From the NCBI RefSeq assembly GCF_001194135.2, contig NC_068990.1, positions 37,823,725-37,887,724 of the forward strand: a DNA stretch of 64,000 nucleotides, read 5' to 3'. The notes under the pieces were generated by a model. The model worked only from the letters and a program-made list of their open reading frames with translations, did not search any database and was not told the origin of the DNA. Positions within the stretch are counted from its first letter, which is position 1. Each line of letters starts with the position of its first letter. The DNA is from Octopus bimaculoides (Eukaryota). Below, piece after piece: positions 51,349 to 63,520 of the stretch. A program made the translations under genes and the position numbers.

Positions 51349-53997
51349 ATTATTAATAATATTAGTATAATATTTATTACAGATATATAAAGGGGATGAA
51401 TGTCATAATAAAATGAAAGTATTGAAGCAGAATGTCTTGGGACAGTGCTTTCTTACATCTGTCTGTATTCAAATGGTTGATGTCAAGTTCTGGGCTAGGC
51501 ACACTTACCCCCCTCAAAAATGGTGAGTAATAATGATAAGAAGAAGTGAGAGAGACAGAAAGAGAGAGAGAGAGGGAGAGAGAGACAGAAGGAAAGTGGG
51601 AAAGAGCGGAAGAAAGGGAGAGAAAGAGGAAAAGTGAGAGAGAGTGAGAAAGCCATGGATGCTGGAATCAGTTTAATTGACTGAATCCTTCATTAATTGT
51701 ACAGTATATAGATTTGTGTCTATATAAGAGATTATTTTTATGATTAGTGTGTATAATCAGTGTCATCACCACAACCCCCAATACCACCATCATAACACTC
51801 CTCTTCCTCCTCCTCCTCATCATCATCAGTGTCGCTGTCATCATCATCTTCAACATTACCCCCACCCCATTAGTGTTGTCATCAATGACATCATTCCCTT
51901 TATCACCACTACCACCACCATTATCATTACTCTCATCATTTTCAAGATGATGATGATTATCATCATCATCACCCTTCTCACCACCACCGACATCATCACT
52001 GCTGTTGTCATCATTGGTGTCATCATCATTATCATCAAAATTTCTGTTATCATAAATTATAATTATTTTATCTCTTTTAAATCTCCTAAATCAGGTAAAT
52101 ATTCTTCCTTTAATTTCTTAAACTTGACTGATAATTTTCTGTCCAAATACAAATGCAAAAAAAAAAAAAATACAATAAAAGACATGATGATGATAATGAT
52201 CATCTTCATCATCATCATCATCTCCACCACTACGATCACCAGCATTATCATCAGTATCATTTCATCAAATCAAATAACATTGTAGCATTTAAATGCTTGG
52301 TTTTTAAAATTCTTTTATAACTTAGAAGCTTCAATGAGTTTTGACAAATTAGATACAGTTTTAATAANNNNNNNNNNNNNNNNNNNNNNNNNNNNNNNNN
52401 NNNNNNNNNNNNNNNNNNNNNNNNNNNNNNNNNNNNNNNNNNNNNNNNNNNNNNNNNNNNNNNNNNNNNNNNNNNNNNNNNNNNNNNNNNNNNNNNNNNN
52501 NNNNNNNNNNNNNNNNNNNNNNNNNNNNNNNNNNNNNNNNNNNNNNNNNNNNNNNNNNNNNNNNNNNNNNNNNNNNNNNNNNNNNNNNNNNNNNNNNNNN
52601 NNNNNNNNNNNNNNNNNNNNNNNNNNNNNNNNNNNNNNNNNNNNNNNNNNNNNNNNNNNNNNNNNNNNNNNNNNNNNNNNNNNNNNNNNNNNNNNNNNNN
52701 NNNNNNNNNNNNNNNNNNNNNNNNNNNNNNNNNNNNNNNNNNNNNNNNNNNNNNNNNNNNNNNNNNNNNNNNNNNNNNNNNNNNNNNNNNNNNNNNNNNN
52801 NNNNNNNNNNNNNNNNNNNNNNNNNNNNNNNNNNNNNNNNNNNNNNNNNNNNNNNNNNNNNNNNNNNNNNNNNNNNNNNNNTATATATATATATATATAT
52901 ATATATATTGAAGATTCTAGAAAGCAAAGTGCTAACATTTTCTTTGAAATCTCAGAAAAATTAGCTAAAATTGGCAAGGAAAATTGATGGTGTAGAATAA
53001 ATGAGTAAGCAAGCACACATATACAGTGAATTTTATTTTACCAAATATATATTATATGTTTCAAAAATATAAGATACCTGCTGCCTGGGTGGAAAACTTT
53101 GCTTTGTGTTTTTAAGGCTTATTCTATCACTACCTGTGCAAAACACAGAGCCACCTCTGCTTCAAGTATTCTTTTATCATCATCTAAGAACCAGGCTTTT
53201 GTAGTCAAATGCCTGATTCAATTTATGGCTGAAATCCTCTTCTTGTCAAAGCAAGAAAGTTAAATTTGCTGACTTGCAACAAAGAAATGAAAATAAAGAA
53301 ATTACTGACGTGTTGCTTTATAGAAATTAGCAAATGTTGATATATTATGTAGCATTGCAGTTTTAATTCTAGGCCTACATCTCTGATCAAAACTATGCTA
53401 CTGTTATTTTAGCACAAGACCTGCCTTTAACTGATAAGATCTATGATAAAATTCAGAACCAATTCTGTGATGTCTGGCATCAGACATTCTAAAATGTCTT
53501 CTATTTCACTGCCTACAAAAACTTCAAAGTGTCCGAAACAAGGTTGGAATGTTATTACAAGAGTATCAACAAGAAGGTCAGCCTCAGTTCACTGAATTTA
53601 GGTAACTTTCTGAGTGATCATCTACAATGTGGTTTGATTGGCTTGACTGGAGTTGGGTGAGAGGATGTGTTGTTTTGGAGTGATCAGGTAGTTTGTCCAA
53701 TCTTTATGGAAACAAATAACCAATGTATTGTCCTGGATGTGGAGGTTAAGCATATGGTGCGGAACATTATGTTATGAATAATACATAATCTTTGGAGATG
53801 GTTGGTAGTAAGCAAGAAAAGGAAGTAATGTGAACAATATCTAATAGTGTAAGTGATATAAGAGTTGCTGACCAGTTGTCTGAGGAGCTAATTGTCAGGT
53901 CACGAGTATCTGCACAATGAACAGTTTGAAAAGTTTTGCTCGTATGTTTCTGTCTTGCTTGATGTGTGTTACACCAGTATTTGTACAATCTTTTATG

Positions 53998-54390
53998 AGT
54001 GGAGGCACAATGGCCCAGTGGTTAGGGCAGCGGACTTGCAGTCACAGGATCGTGGCTTCGATTCCCAGACCGGGCGTTGTGAGTGTTTATTGAGCGAAAA
54101 CACCTTAAGCCCCACGGGGCTCCGGCAGGGGATGGTGGCGAACCCTGCTGTACTCTTCCACCACAACTTTCTCTCACTCTTACTTCCTGTTTCCGTTGTG
54201 CCTGTAATTCAAAGGGTCAGCCTTGTCACACTGTGTCACGCTGAATATCCCTGAGAACTACATTAAGGGTATATGTGTCTGTGGAGTGCTCAGCCACTTG
54301 CACGTTAATTTCACGAGCAGGCTGTTCCGTTGATCGGATCGACTGGAACCCTCGACGTCGTAAGCGATGGAGTGCCAACAACAAAACAAC
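53998..54390 (+). mobile_element. tRNA-derived SINE family C, full length, young, with 16-bp TSD
   Basis: Box A tggcccagtgg, Box B gcttcgattccc and an (ACA)n tail. TSD tgtacaatcttttatg at 53982-53997 and 54391-54406. Confidence 0.95.
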
Positions 54391-54464
54391 TGTACAATCT
54401 TTTATGTATTAATATTCATCAATCTCCATTCATCTAGCACACACATGGATTATTATTGTACCTG

Positions 54465-54502
54465 CCTCTGAGGAGGTCTAATAAGGCTAAAATGTGTCTA
54501 GA
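54465..54502 (+). ncRNA. Degenerate type I hammerhead-like motif
   Basis: CCU-CUGAGGA-GGUCU-AAUA-AGGCU-AAAAU-GU-GUC-UAGA. The CUGANGA box is intact and stem II pairs with wobbles. AAAAUGUGUC differs from GAAACGCGUC only by CpG-type transitions. Stem I is poor. Confidence 0.4.
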
Positions 54503-55027
54503 ATTGTGATCCCTGTCTGTTAAAGACCAGACTACCCTTCCTCTTTACGTTATTCATTGTTTCCAATTTTAATATATTGGAACTCTACTGCATCAACTCA
54601 AAAATATTCTTTTGCGTTAGTTGTTCTGTCCATTGTCTATATTTGGTTCAGAAATATTCACGTCAACTCTAAACAAGTAAAGACTTGAATTATTAAAGTA
54701 ATAATGTTCCCTGCATTAACTGTGTTAGTGTACTTAACTTTGCTAATTATAGATTCTGACAGATGACTGGAAGCAATAGCAACTGTGAATGAGTCACTAA
54801 ATGATTGTGCTAGAGAAGATAAGGGGTTGTATTTTAGCATGTCATTGACCTGGCAGGTAACAGAAGGGGAGGGTATAGATGGAGTGAAAGGGGGTGGTTA
54901 GGTTCCTGTGGCACAACTTACAGAAATATATTACATTCTTTACATGCATATACAGAAAGCCTATAGGAACGAGAAATGGAGGGAATATATTGTTCTTAGT
55001 TTCAAGAATTTTAGAAAATATTAGAAG

Positions 55028-55400
55028 AGGTGCAGGAGTGGCTGTGTGGTAAATAGTTTGGTTACTAACCACATGGTTCCAGGTTCAGTCCCACTGCGTG
55101 ACACCTTAGGCAAGTGTATTCTACTATAGCCTTGGGCAGACCAAAGCTTTGTGAGTGGATTTGGTAGATGGAAACTAAAAGAAGCCTGTTGTATGTGTGT
55201 GTGTGTGTGTCTGTTATTGTCCCCTCAACATCGCTTGATGACTGATGCAGGTGTGTTTAAGCTACCATAACTTAGTGGTTCGGCAAAAGACCGATACAAT
55301 AAGCACTAGGCATACAAAGAATAAGTCCTGGGATCGATTTGCTTGACTAAAGGTGATGCTCCAGTATAGCTGCAGTCAAATGACTGAAACAAGTAAAAGA
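55028..55400 (+). mobile_element. SINE family A, full length
   Basis: Same as the 19259 family. Confidence 0.9.
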
Positions 55401-55419
55401 ATATATATAAATTAAATCA

Positions 55420-55900
55420 TTCAATTAAACACCACAATCGCACCTACTGGGGACCTGAGAATCTGCATGTTATGGTGGAACACCATGTTAATTTACTAGA
55501 GTTACAGTGTGGTGTGGCTTATCCTCAAGAGGAATAACTGGGCCATTCTTTTTTGACACTACTGTGACTGGTCCCATTTACTTGAAATTACTGCAACAGT
55601 TTGTCATGGGAAGCATTAGAGAAGACGTTTAAGATGAGGAGTTATATTTTCAGCAAGAAGGGGCACCCCTACACTACCATCGCGACGTTAGAGCCATCCT
55701 TGATGAGATCTTGTTAAATAGGTGGAATGGACGAAGGGGTTTCATCGGATAACCTCTGCATTCTCTAGACCTCACACTACTAGACTTTTTTTATGGAGAT
55801 ACCTAAAAGACAAAGTCTATGTTATGAAACCTGCAACAGTCACTGATTCGAGAACAGCCATTGAACGAGAATGCACACAAATACCAAACAAATTGTTTCG
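55420..55900 (+). mobile_element. Tc1/mariner catalytic-domain fragment, rosa (DD41D)-like
   Basis: [12 protein letters not shown]...[19 protein letters not shown]...LYFQQEGAPLHYHRDVRAILD...RWNGRRG...HSLDLTLLDFF..W.YLKDKVY, a decayed version of FQQDGAPxH and WPPRSPDLTPLDFFLWGYLK. Confidence 0.88.
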
Positions 55901-55902
55901 TT

Positions 55903-56087
55903 ATGTTAACACAATGTTTCGGCTGATATACCCTCCAGCCTTCATCAGGTGTCTTGGGGGAAATTTTGAACCTGGGTTCTCATTCCTAAGGTATTTTTCG
56001 ATGTTATTATTATTATTCAGGTCACTGCCTGGAATTGAACTCTGAATCTTGAGAGCCCACGCTCTTAACCACTACACCATATGCCCA
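55903..56087 (-). mobile_element. tRNA-headed SINE-like element ending in a hammerhead ribozyme motif
   Basis: Minus strand: gggcatatggtgtagtggttaagagcgtggg (Box A at 56069-56079), gagttcaattcc (Box B at 56031-56042), (AAT)n, a ~55-nt body, then the HHR at 55908-55953. Confidence 0.85.
55908..55953 (-). ncRNA. Minimal type I hammerhead ribozyme motif (one substitution at position 16.2)
   Basis: GACAC-CUGAUGA-A-GGCUG-GAGGGUAUAU-CAGCC-GAAAC-AUU-GUGUU. Stem I (GACAC/GUGUU, 5 bp) and stem II (5 bp) pair. AUU would be GUU, giving the palindrome AACGUU, before a CpG transition. Confidence 0.78.
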
Positions 56088-56256
56088 TGGGCATAACCCC
56101 AAGATTCCAAGTTCAATTCCAGGCAGTGACCTGGATAATAATAATAATAATAATGATAATAATAATAATAATAATTATTATAATAATAATAACATCGAAA
56201 AATACCTTAGGAATGAGAACTCAGTTCGAAATTTCCCCAAGACACCTGATGAAGGC
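56088..56256 (+). mobile_element. Inverted partner copy of the HHR-SINE (Box A deleted, truncated inside the HHR)
   Basis: gggcat-aaccccaagattccaagttcaattccaggcagtgacc-(AAT)n-aacatcgaaaaataccttaggaatgagaac...ccccaagacacctgatgaaggc. Confidence 0.88.
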
Positions 56257-57659
56257 AACATTCTGGCATCACAAGCTGCAAATACCAAACTTCATAGGAA
56301 GTACTCAGTTGGCAGCAAGACTTGGAACAGCTCATGTGCTGAGAAAAGTGTTGTGTCTCTAAGCCAGGGAATTGGGCTGAGACATGAGACAGATAACCCA
56401 GGAGAAGTTAGGACAATAATAATAGCAAATGTTTGTTAGGTAAGGAAAAAGATAGAAAAATTAGGGGAAGGAATCAGTTGATTAAATTAAACCTTGAATT
56501 TGACTAGTATTTCATTTTAATGTCCTGAGACAGATGAAAATCAAACTGAGCTTTGGCAGAATGTGAACTGAGAGCATAACCGAAAACCATGAGGCATTTT
56601 GTTCAATGCTCTATGGATTCTTCTGGCTTTAAATAGCAATGATAATGATTCCTAGCAATAATGCTGCTGCTGCTACTGATGATGGTGATGATGATGATGA
56701 TGATTTGTGGATGTGGATGACTACTAGGATGGATGATAATAATAATAATGGTTATAATAAGGACAACAGCGTAGAATAATGATAGTTTCAATGATGATGC
56801 TGATGGTGGTGATGAGAATGTTGAGACAATGATGATGATAATGACAATGATGATGACGATGACAATGGCGATGATGATGATGACGACAACGATGATGATG
56901 ATGATTGCTAAGGTTACATCTGAAGACAAATCTACCTTATATCAGTAACATTAGTGAAAAGGAGTTATTACAAATTACCTTTACAACTCCCACTCAGTCT
57001 TTTTGTCCCCCTCCTCCTCTTCTTCCTCTATATCTCTCCACGCACATATGTAACTTCTCTTTCTCTAGTCTCTATATTCCTCATCTCTCCCTTTCTCTTC
57101 TCTCTATTTCATCCTCTCTCCGTCTCTCTCTCTCTCTTTCTCTGTATCTATCTACTATTTATCTGACCTAAAACAACAAGATTGAAGATTCAGGCAAAAT
57201 TTTTACACAGCACAAATATAATTCTGTTGAGTGATTGTGTCTACGCCAACCTCGGCCCATCATTACAATGAACGGCCCAAACAAATTGAAAATTTTTCTA
57301 TTTCACACTAAGATTGCACAGATTTCATTAGTGAGTGAAAATTTAAGACAATATCATACGCTTTGCTAAGCAATCAACTCGCGATATTGTTCTCAGCCGT
57401 TTATCAATACAATTGCACACGCTAGAGGATACAGAAGTGATTATTTTCGAAATTCTCCAGGGAGATAAAGCTAGCTAGCCAGCCATACGTACATACTTAT
57501 GTGCCGTTCTGTATGTAGTATACAAATATAACATTGCTGTATTTGTATATCGATATTTATCATCTACAGGGAAACGAACGAATCATACAATGAAGTCTCA
57601 AATTTCTAAACCGGTCTACTTTGGACACATATTTTTGCCTGTGAGACTCACTTAATTTT

Positions 57660-58740
57660 AACCAAATACTGCATATATACATCCCTCATTTATTTCTCTC
57701 AATCTTTCTATCACTATTTCATTTTCTCTCGCCTTCTCTCTCACCCTCACTACCTTTCATATACCTTTGCCTTAACTATTTTATATAATCTCTCTCACGT
57801 TTGCACTCTCTCTATCTCTTGCTCTCTTTCTCTCATACCTTTTCATATATCATCATTCATTCAGACTGTTTCTATCTTTTCCTCTTCCCTCTCTCCTTTA
57901 TATCATTTTATTTAGTCTTTTATACACTCTCTCCTCACTCCCTCTCTCTCGCTCTCCCTCTCATTCACACTCTTTTATAGCATCTCTTCCTCCTTTCCTG
58001 CTCTTTTAATCTGTTTTTACTCATACTCTCTTTTATATAATTTCAACCCTCTTTTTCTTTCAATTTCTTTCTTATGCTCTTTCTCATATGCATTTCTCTA
58101 CAACCTTTTCATCTCAGTCTCTTTTTCTCTCATTTATGCCTTTCCATTGCCTCCTTTCTACAATCTATCTACTTCTCTCTCTCTCTCTTTCCTCACACTT
58201 CCTATATATTCTTAAGTTTCTTAGATCTCCCATCACCCCACCTTTCATTCTCTTCATCTTGCTCTTTTTAAGATCCTCCTTCCAATTCTCTTACCATTTC
58301 TGTATTTTCTTATATTTTCTCATGATCTCCTCTTTCCTCCTTCATTCATATATTTTTATTTTCAATTTTCTCTCTCTTCCTATCTAATTCTCATTTCACT
58401 TTCACAATCACTCCCTCATTAACTTTATTTTTCTCTCCTTATTTTGCCAGTCATTCTCAAATTTTCATTCTAATGCATTCTCTCTTTTTACCTCTGTTTT
58501 CTTTCTCTATTTCTCTCTCACATGTCTTTTCAGTTGCACCCCTCTTTTTTTCATGTTATCACATTTTTCTCAGAAGCCTCTCTTTCTTTCCCATTCTCTT
58601 TCACTTTTTTCTTTTTTAGATTTTTATTTTCTATTCACTCTCCCTCTCTGTCTTTCTTGCTCTCTCAATTCCACTTTCTTACTCATTCTCTCAAATTTGC
58701 ATTTTATTTTCCTCAATAGTTTTCTTTTTTCCTCTTTTTA
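57660..58740. repeat. ~1.1-kb degenerate pyrimidine-rich (CT/TTC) low-complexity tract
   Basis: Directly visible; G is almost absent on the + strand. Confidence 0.9.
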
Positions 58741-59570
58741 AGAGAGACAGGCAGACCGAAAGATCGGTGTATCCACAAAAGAGCAGCCGACATTCTTTGT
58801 AGAATTTATATTTATTTATACTGAGTTTGACTCAGAATTCGATTACTTGTAGTTTCACAGGAATGAGAAAAATACTATGGATTGTTTAGATAGCTAATTA
58901 TGAGGAGAATACTTTCACATCTGTGAAATAAGGCTGGTTCACACTGGATGAGGAGTTAAATTCATTCTCGCAGGTTGTCAGTCACAAGGTATGCTTGAGA
59001 GTTGTTGACTACTACTGCTTGCTACAAAATCCTCTCATTTGGCAGGTAGATTAATTTCAGAAGTTGTAAGTAGGTACTTGGAAGAAGGGAAGGTTTAAAG
59101 AATGTGACTTTGAGGGTGCTATTCTCTTGGCAAATGTAATTCACCTTTACATTACGTGCATGAAAATGTTTATGGTGTATATATACTCTTTTACTCTTTT
59201 ACTTGTTTCAGTCTTTTNNNNNNNNNNNNNNNNNNNNNNNNNNNNNNNNNNNNNNNNNNNNNNNNNNNNNNNNNNNNNNNNNNNNNNNNNNNNNNNNNNN
59301 NNNNNNNNNNNNNNNNNNNNNNNNNNNNNNNNNNNNNNNNNNNNNNNNNNNNNNNNNNNNNNNNNNNNNNNNNNNNNNNNNNNNNNNNNNNNNNNNNNNN
59401 NNNNNNNNNNNNNNNNNNNNNNNNNNNNNNNNNNNNNNNNNNNNNNNNNNNNNNNNNNNNNNNNNNNNNNNNNNNNNNNNNNNNNNNNNNNNNNNNNNNN
59501 NNNNNNNNNNNNNNNNNNNNNNNNNNNNNNNNNNNNNNNNNNNNNNNNNNNNNNNNNNNNNNNNNNNNNN

Positions 59571-59607
<37 letters not shown>

Positions 59608-61642
59608 TTAGGAAGTGTTGTTTAATTAGAAATAGAAAGATCCTAGCTACATTCAGAAACATTTAGGTGACTTTGGAGATTGGACCAGCTTGTACATCTT
59701 TTATTAAGTCTGTTTGAGTGAGAGATACTCCATATATCCTAACTTCTTGATAATTCACAACTTTTCTCTAATGACTCATTATAATGTTGTGCTGCTCTAT
59801 CAAAAATATCTCTGTGAGGATAGATAATATATATTTTTTACTGAGGCCTGATACATAGATCCTGATTACTGTTGAAATGACTGTTGGACTTCCTATGAGT
59901 GTTTATCCTAGTTATATACATATGTATATATATTCACGCATATGCACAAGCCTTGACATATATATTTGTATACATACACATGGACATGCATAAATCTATA
60001 GATACAAATAAGAGGGCTTCAAAAGGTTATATGATATGCTAGAACCATCAGCAAAATGTGCTTCATGTTGCACTGTGACATGGTAGAACTATAAAAACGT
60101 ATTTTATAATGTAATACCTGATATACAAAATATGGGGCTTCCATGGCTGGAATGTTATTGAATGTTTAAGATTAGCCTTAATCAAGGTTAACCTGGAACT
60201 AAACAAGGAAAGAAGAAATGAATAAATAAATATGTATGTAATTAGTTAGGAAGACAAAAGAGCAATACTATCTATTGTTGAATCAGTGAAGATAGAGAAC
60301 ATTAGAGATGAGTGTTGAGGTGAACAAGGAGAATGTGAGGCTTTCATTAATTCCTGTGAGAGAGAAAAGTCTTGAGTAATGATTAAGTTTTTCTAATTGT
60401 GTTTATGAATGAATGTTAAACTGTGAGAAGTGATTGAAGATATGACCTATTACAATATCCAGGCTTGGAGATTGCTTATGTATTATTTTAAACATCCTGA
60501 AATTGCTCACAAAAATGATCACTGAAGTAACATCTGGTTTTACACACATGTGCAAGATTACAGTGTCTACATTTGAAGCATTATATGAGGATGAAGTTTT
60601 GGCTTTGAACATGCTGTTGGAGAATGAAGAAAATATAACATAGAATATGGGAGTGTTTTAAGGTTTTAGATTTTGTATGGAAAATAGAAGAGAGCTTCTA
60701 ATTATATGGTCATCTAAGGTTTTATCTCCTTTTAAGGTAAGAAAGGAATGATTAAGAAGAAAGAAAATCTAGAAGGTCAGAGAAAATAAAATAAAAAGTT
60801 GCAACGTTAGATCGGTGTCTGCTAGAGTTGGTAAAACTCCTCACAAAATATTCTGAGTCATTAAGCTACTGAGTACCAATTAATGGGTTGACATTTATCC
60901 CATTAGTGGGATAAATTTCCTGCCCCATTTTCAGTAGTAAGTTTATTGCCCCATAACCTTATGCTCACATGACATACAACACTGGCCATACGTCTGAAAA
61001 GACTTCTCTGAAGTCTACATTCAAAGGCACTCTGAATCCTGCTCTTTTATTGAAAAGAGAGAGATTTGTCATTGTCCTCCTAAGTTTCTCTTCTGCAAAC
61101 TTTTCTGGAAGTCTGGAAACCTGTATTTTCTAATTCTCTTCCTTCTCTGGGAGTCTAAGCAGTTGCATGTCATTGCAATGGTCATTTAATGACTGTTGCT
61201 ATAATCTCATAGTGCAAAAAGTTCATTCCTGTACATAACTCATATGTGTTTGGTTAGTGATAAAAAATATCAAAACTTTTGGTTCCGCATTATCACAAGT
61301 AAATCAAGAGACAATCCTTCATAGTCTCTCAATTATGATATCTAGCCACATGTTATTGTTCATTAATTCATTCATTTTACATTTGCCTTTTTTCCTTCCT
61401 AGCATGGGTTACAAGGATATGTTGTTGAGATATTCCTTCATAGCGGGATGCCTTTCCTGCTGTCAACCCATGCCTGCTGCCTGCTTTCAAGTAAAGGATC
61501 TTTTATCTCACACATTTTCATACATATAGAGCAACCTGATGATTTGAGAGTAGGAGAAGTAACACCGTTGTTCATTTCTCATGACTTTGTTAAATGCAAA
61601 TGTCACCCCCACCCCAGCAAACACATATACACATATATATGT

Positions 61643-61674
<32 letters not shown>

Positions 61675-61792
61675 GTACACACACACACNNNNNNNNNNNN
61701 NNNNNNNNNNNNNNNNNNNNNNNNNNNNNNNNNNNNNNATATATATATATATATATACATATCTATACATACGTATACACACATATAACCCG

Positions 61793-62108
61793 CACTTCAT
61801 CAGTTACAACGATGAGGGTTCCAGTTGATCTGATCAATAGAACAGCCTGCTCATGAAATTAACATGTAAGTGGCTGAGCACTCCACAGACTTGTGTACCC
61901 TTAATGTAGTTCTCAGAGAGATTCAGCATGACACAGAGTATGACAAAGCTGGCCCTTTGAAATACAGGTACTTTTTATTTAAGCCAGCTGAGTGGACTGG
62001 AGCAATGGGAAATAAAGTGTCATGCTAAAGACAATGCATTGCCAGGAATTGAACTCACGACCTTATGATCATGAGCTGAATACTCTAACCACTAAGCCAC
62101 ATGCTTTC
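61793..62108 (-). mobile_element. SINE family E
   Basis: Reverse complement of the 21952 family: gagggttccagttgatc...ggccctttgaaatacaggtac...ccaggaattgaactc...ctaaccactaagccac. Confidence 0.85.
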
Positions 62109-63257
62109 ACAAACATATTTATATATATGTATGTGTGTGTGTGTGTGTATATACGCACATGCTTACATATATGTGTATGGCTATGAGTGTGTTGTGTGTA
62201 AGCAAGTGGGCAGAAAAATCAATTCAATTTGTCATCATTAGCCCCCACTAAGAAAATGGCAAGGATATTGTATAATTTTTCCATTGAACGAATGTTCCAG
62301 AGAGAAGCAAACTTGTAATGACTGATGCAATGAAAATATGCCTTACTTGAAAAGTAAGCAAGGATTGACAACAGGAAGATAATCTGGTTCTAGAAGATCT
62401 GCTTCCAAACAATCATGTCTCACCCATGCAAGCATGGAAAAGTAGACATTCAGATAATGAAATCTATCTATCTATCTGTCTATCCATCCATTCATCTATC
62501 TATCTATCCATCTATCCATATATCTATCTATTTAGCCATCTGTATATCAATCTATCTATCTGTCTGTCTGTCTATCTGTCTATCTATTTAACTATCTATC
62601 TATGCATCCATTCAGCTATCTCTCTCTCTCTCTCCCTCTCTATCTATTTACACACAGACACACACACACATACACACACATGCATATACATATTCACACA
62701 AACATACATTTGTATAAATATGTGTGCATGTATCTTTTCCTGATATATTTTGCCAAAGAATGTAAACATTGTTGAGAAAACTGAAATTCTGGTACTTGTT
62801 GAAGGAAGTCCCTTGTGAGATAAAAATAAAATTTATAAAACATAATAATATCTACTGCTTTACTTGAAATGAAATTTTTATCTTGCTTTCTCTTTATTTT
62901 GTATCAATAGAAATTCAATATATAAATTACTTATCAGTCAGTAGTTTTATTGTGGAATCTATTGGCAAACAATATGGATAAATGTAAAATTCTTTATAGA
63001 ATTTGGTGCTATGATTGGTTTGGAACCAAGCAAATAAGATTTTCCCAAACTGAAATCGTATTTAACATGTTAACGGCATTCAAAGATATTGAGACTAGGA
63101 GATCTGTGTATCTTACTTATGTATCACTTGAAAATGATTGCAGCAATATTAATAATACCTCTGTGTATAAGAGACAGTATATATACATATATATATATAT
63201 ACATATGTATGTGTATGTATGTCTGTTTTATATATGTACATTTATATATATATCTAC

Positions 63258-63309
<52 letters not shown>

Positions 63310-63314
63310 GTATG

Positions 63315-63350
<36 letters not shown>

Positions 63351-63360
63351 NNNNNNNNNN

Positions 63361-63455
63361 TGCCCTTCCTAACGCCAACCACTCCGAGAGTGTAGTGGGT
63401 GCTTTTATGTGCCACCGGTATGAGGGCCCATTACACAGTACTGGCAATGGCCACG

Positions 63456-63457
<2 letters not shown>
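63361..63457 (-). mobile_element. RTE-type 3' tail fragment next to a gap
   Basis: tgcccttcctaacgccaaccactccgagagtgtagtgggtgcttttatgtgccacc. Confidence 0.85.
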
Positions 63458-63493
<36 letters not shown>

Positions 63494-63520
63494 TATATAT
63501 CTGTCTGTATATATATATAT

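Noticed and set aside
54001-54075. tRNA genes at SINE heads (also 19259, 4581, 56020-56086)
   Set aside because: Box A and Box B are present, but there is no complete cloverleaf or acceptor stem, and each head continues into a SINE body.
60003-60035. tacaaataagagggcttcaaaaggtt as a mariner TIR
   Set aside because: No transposase remnant or partner TIR was found nearby.
60850-61200. Possible LINE RT C-terminal remnant on the minus strand
   Set aside because: The resemblance is vague, there is no diagnostic motif, and it cannot be supported without an alignment.
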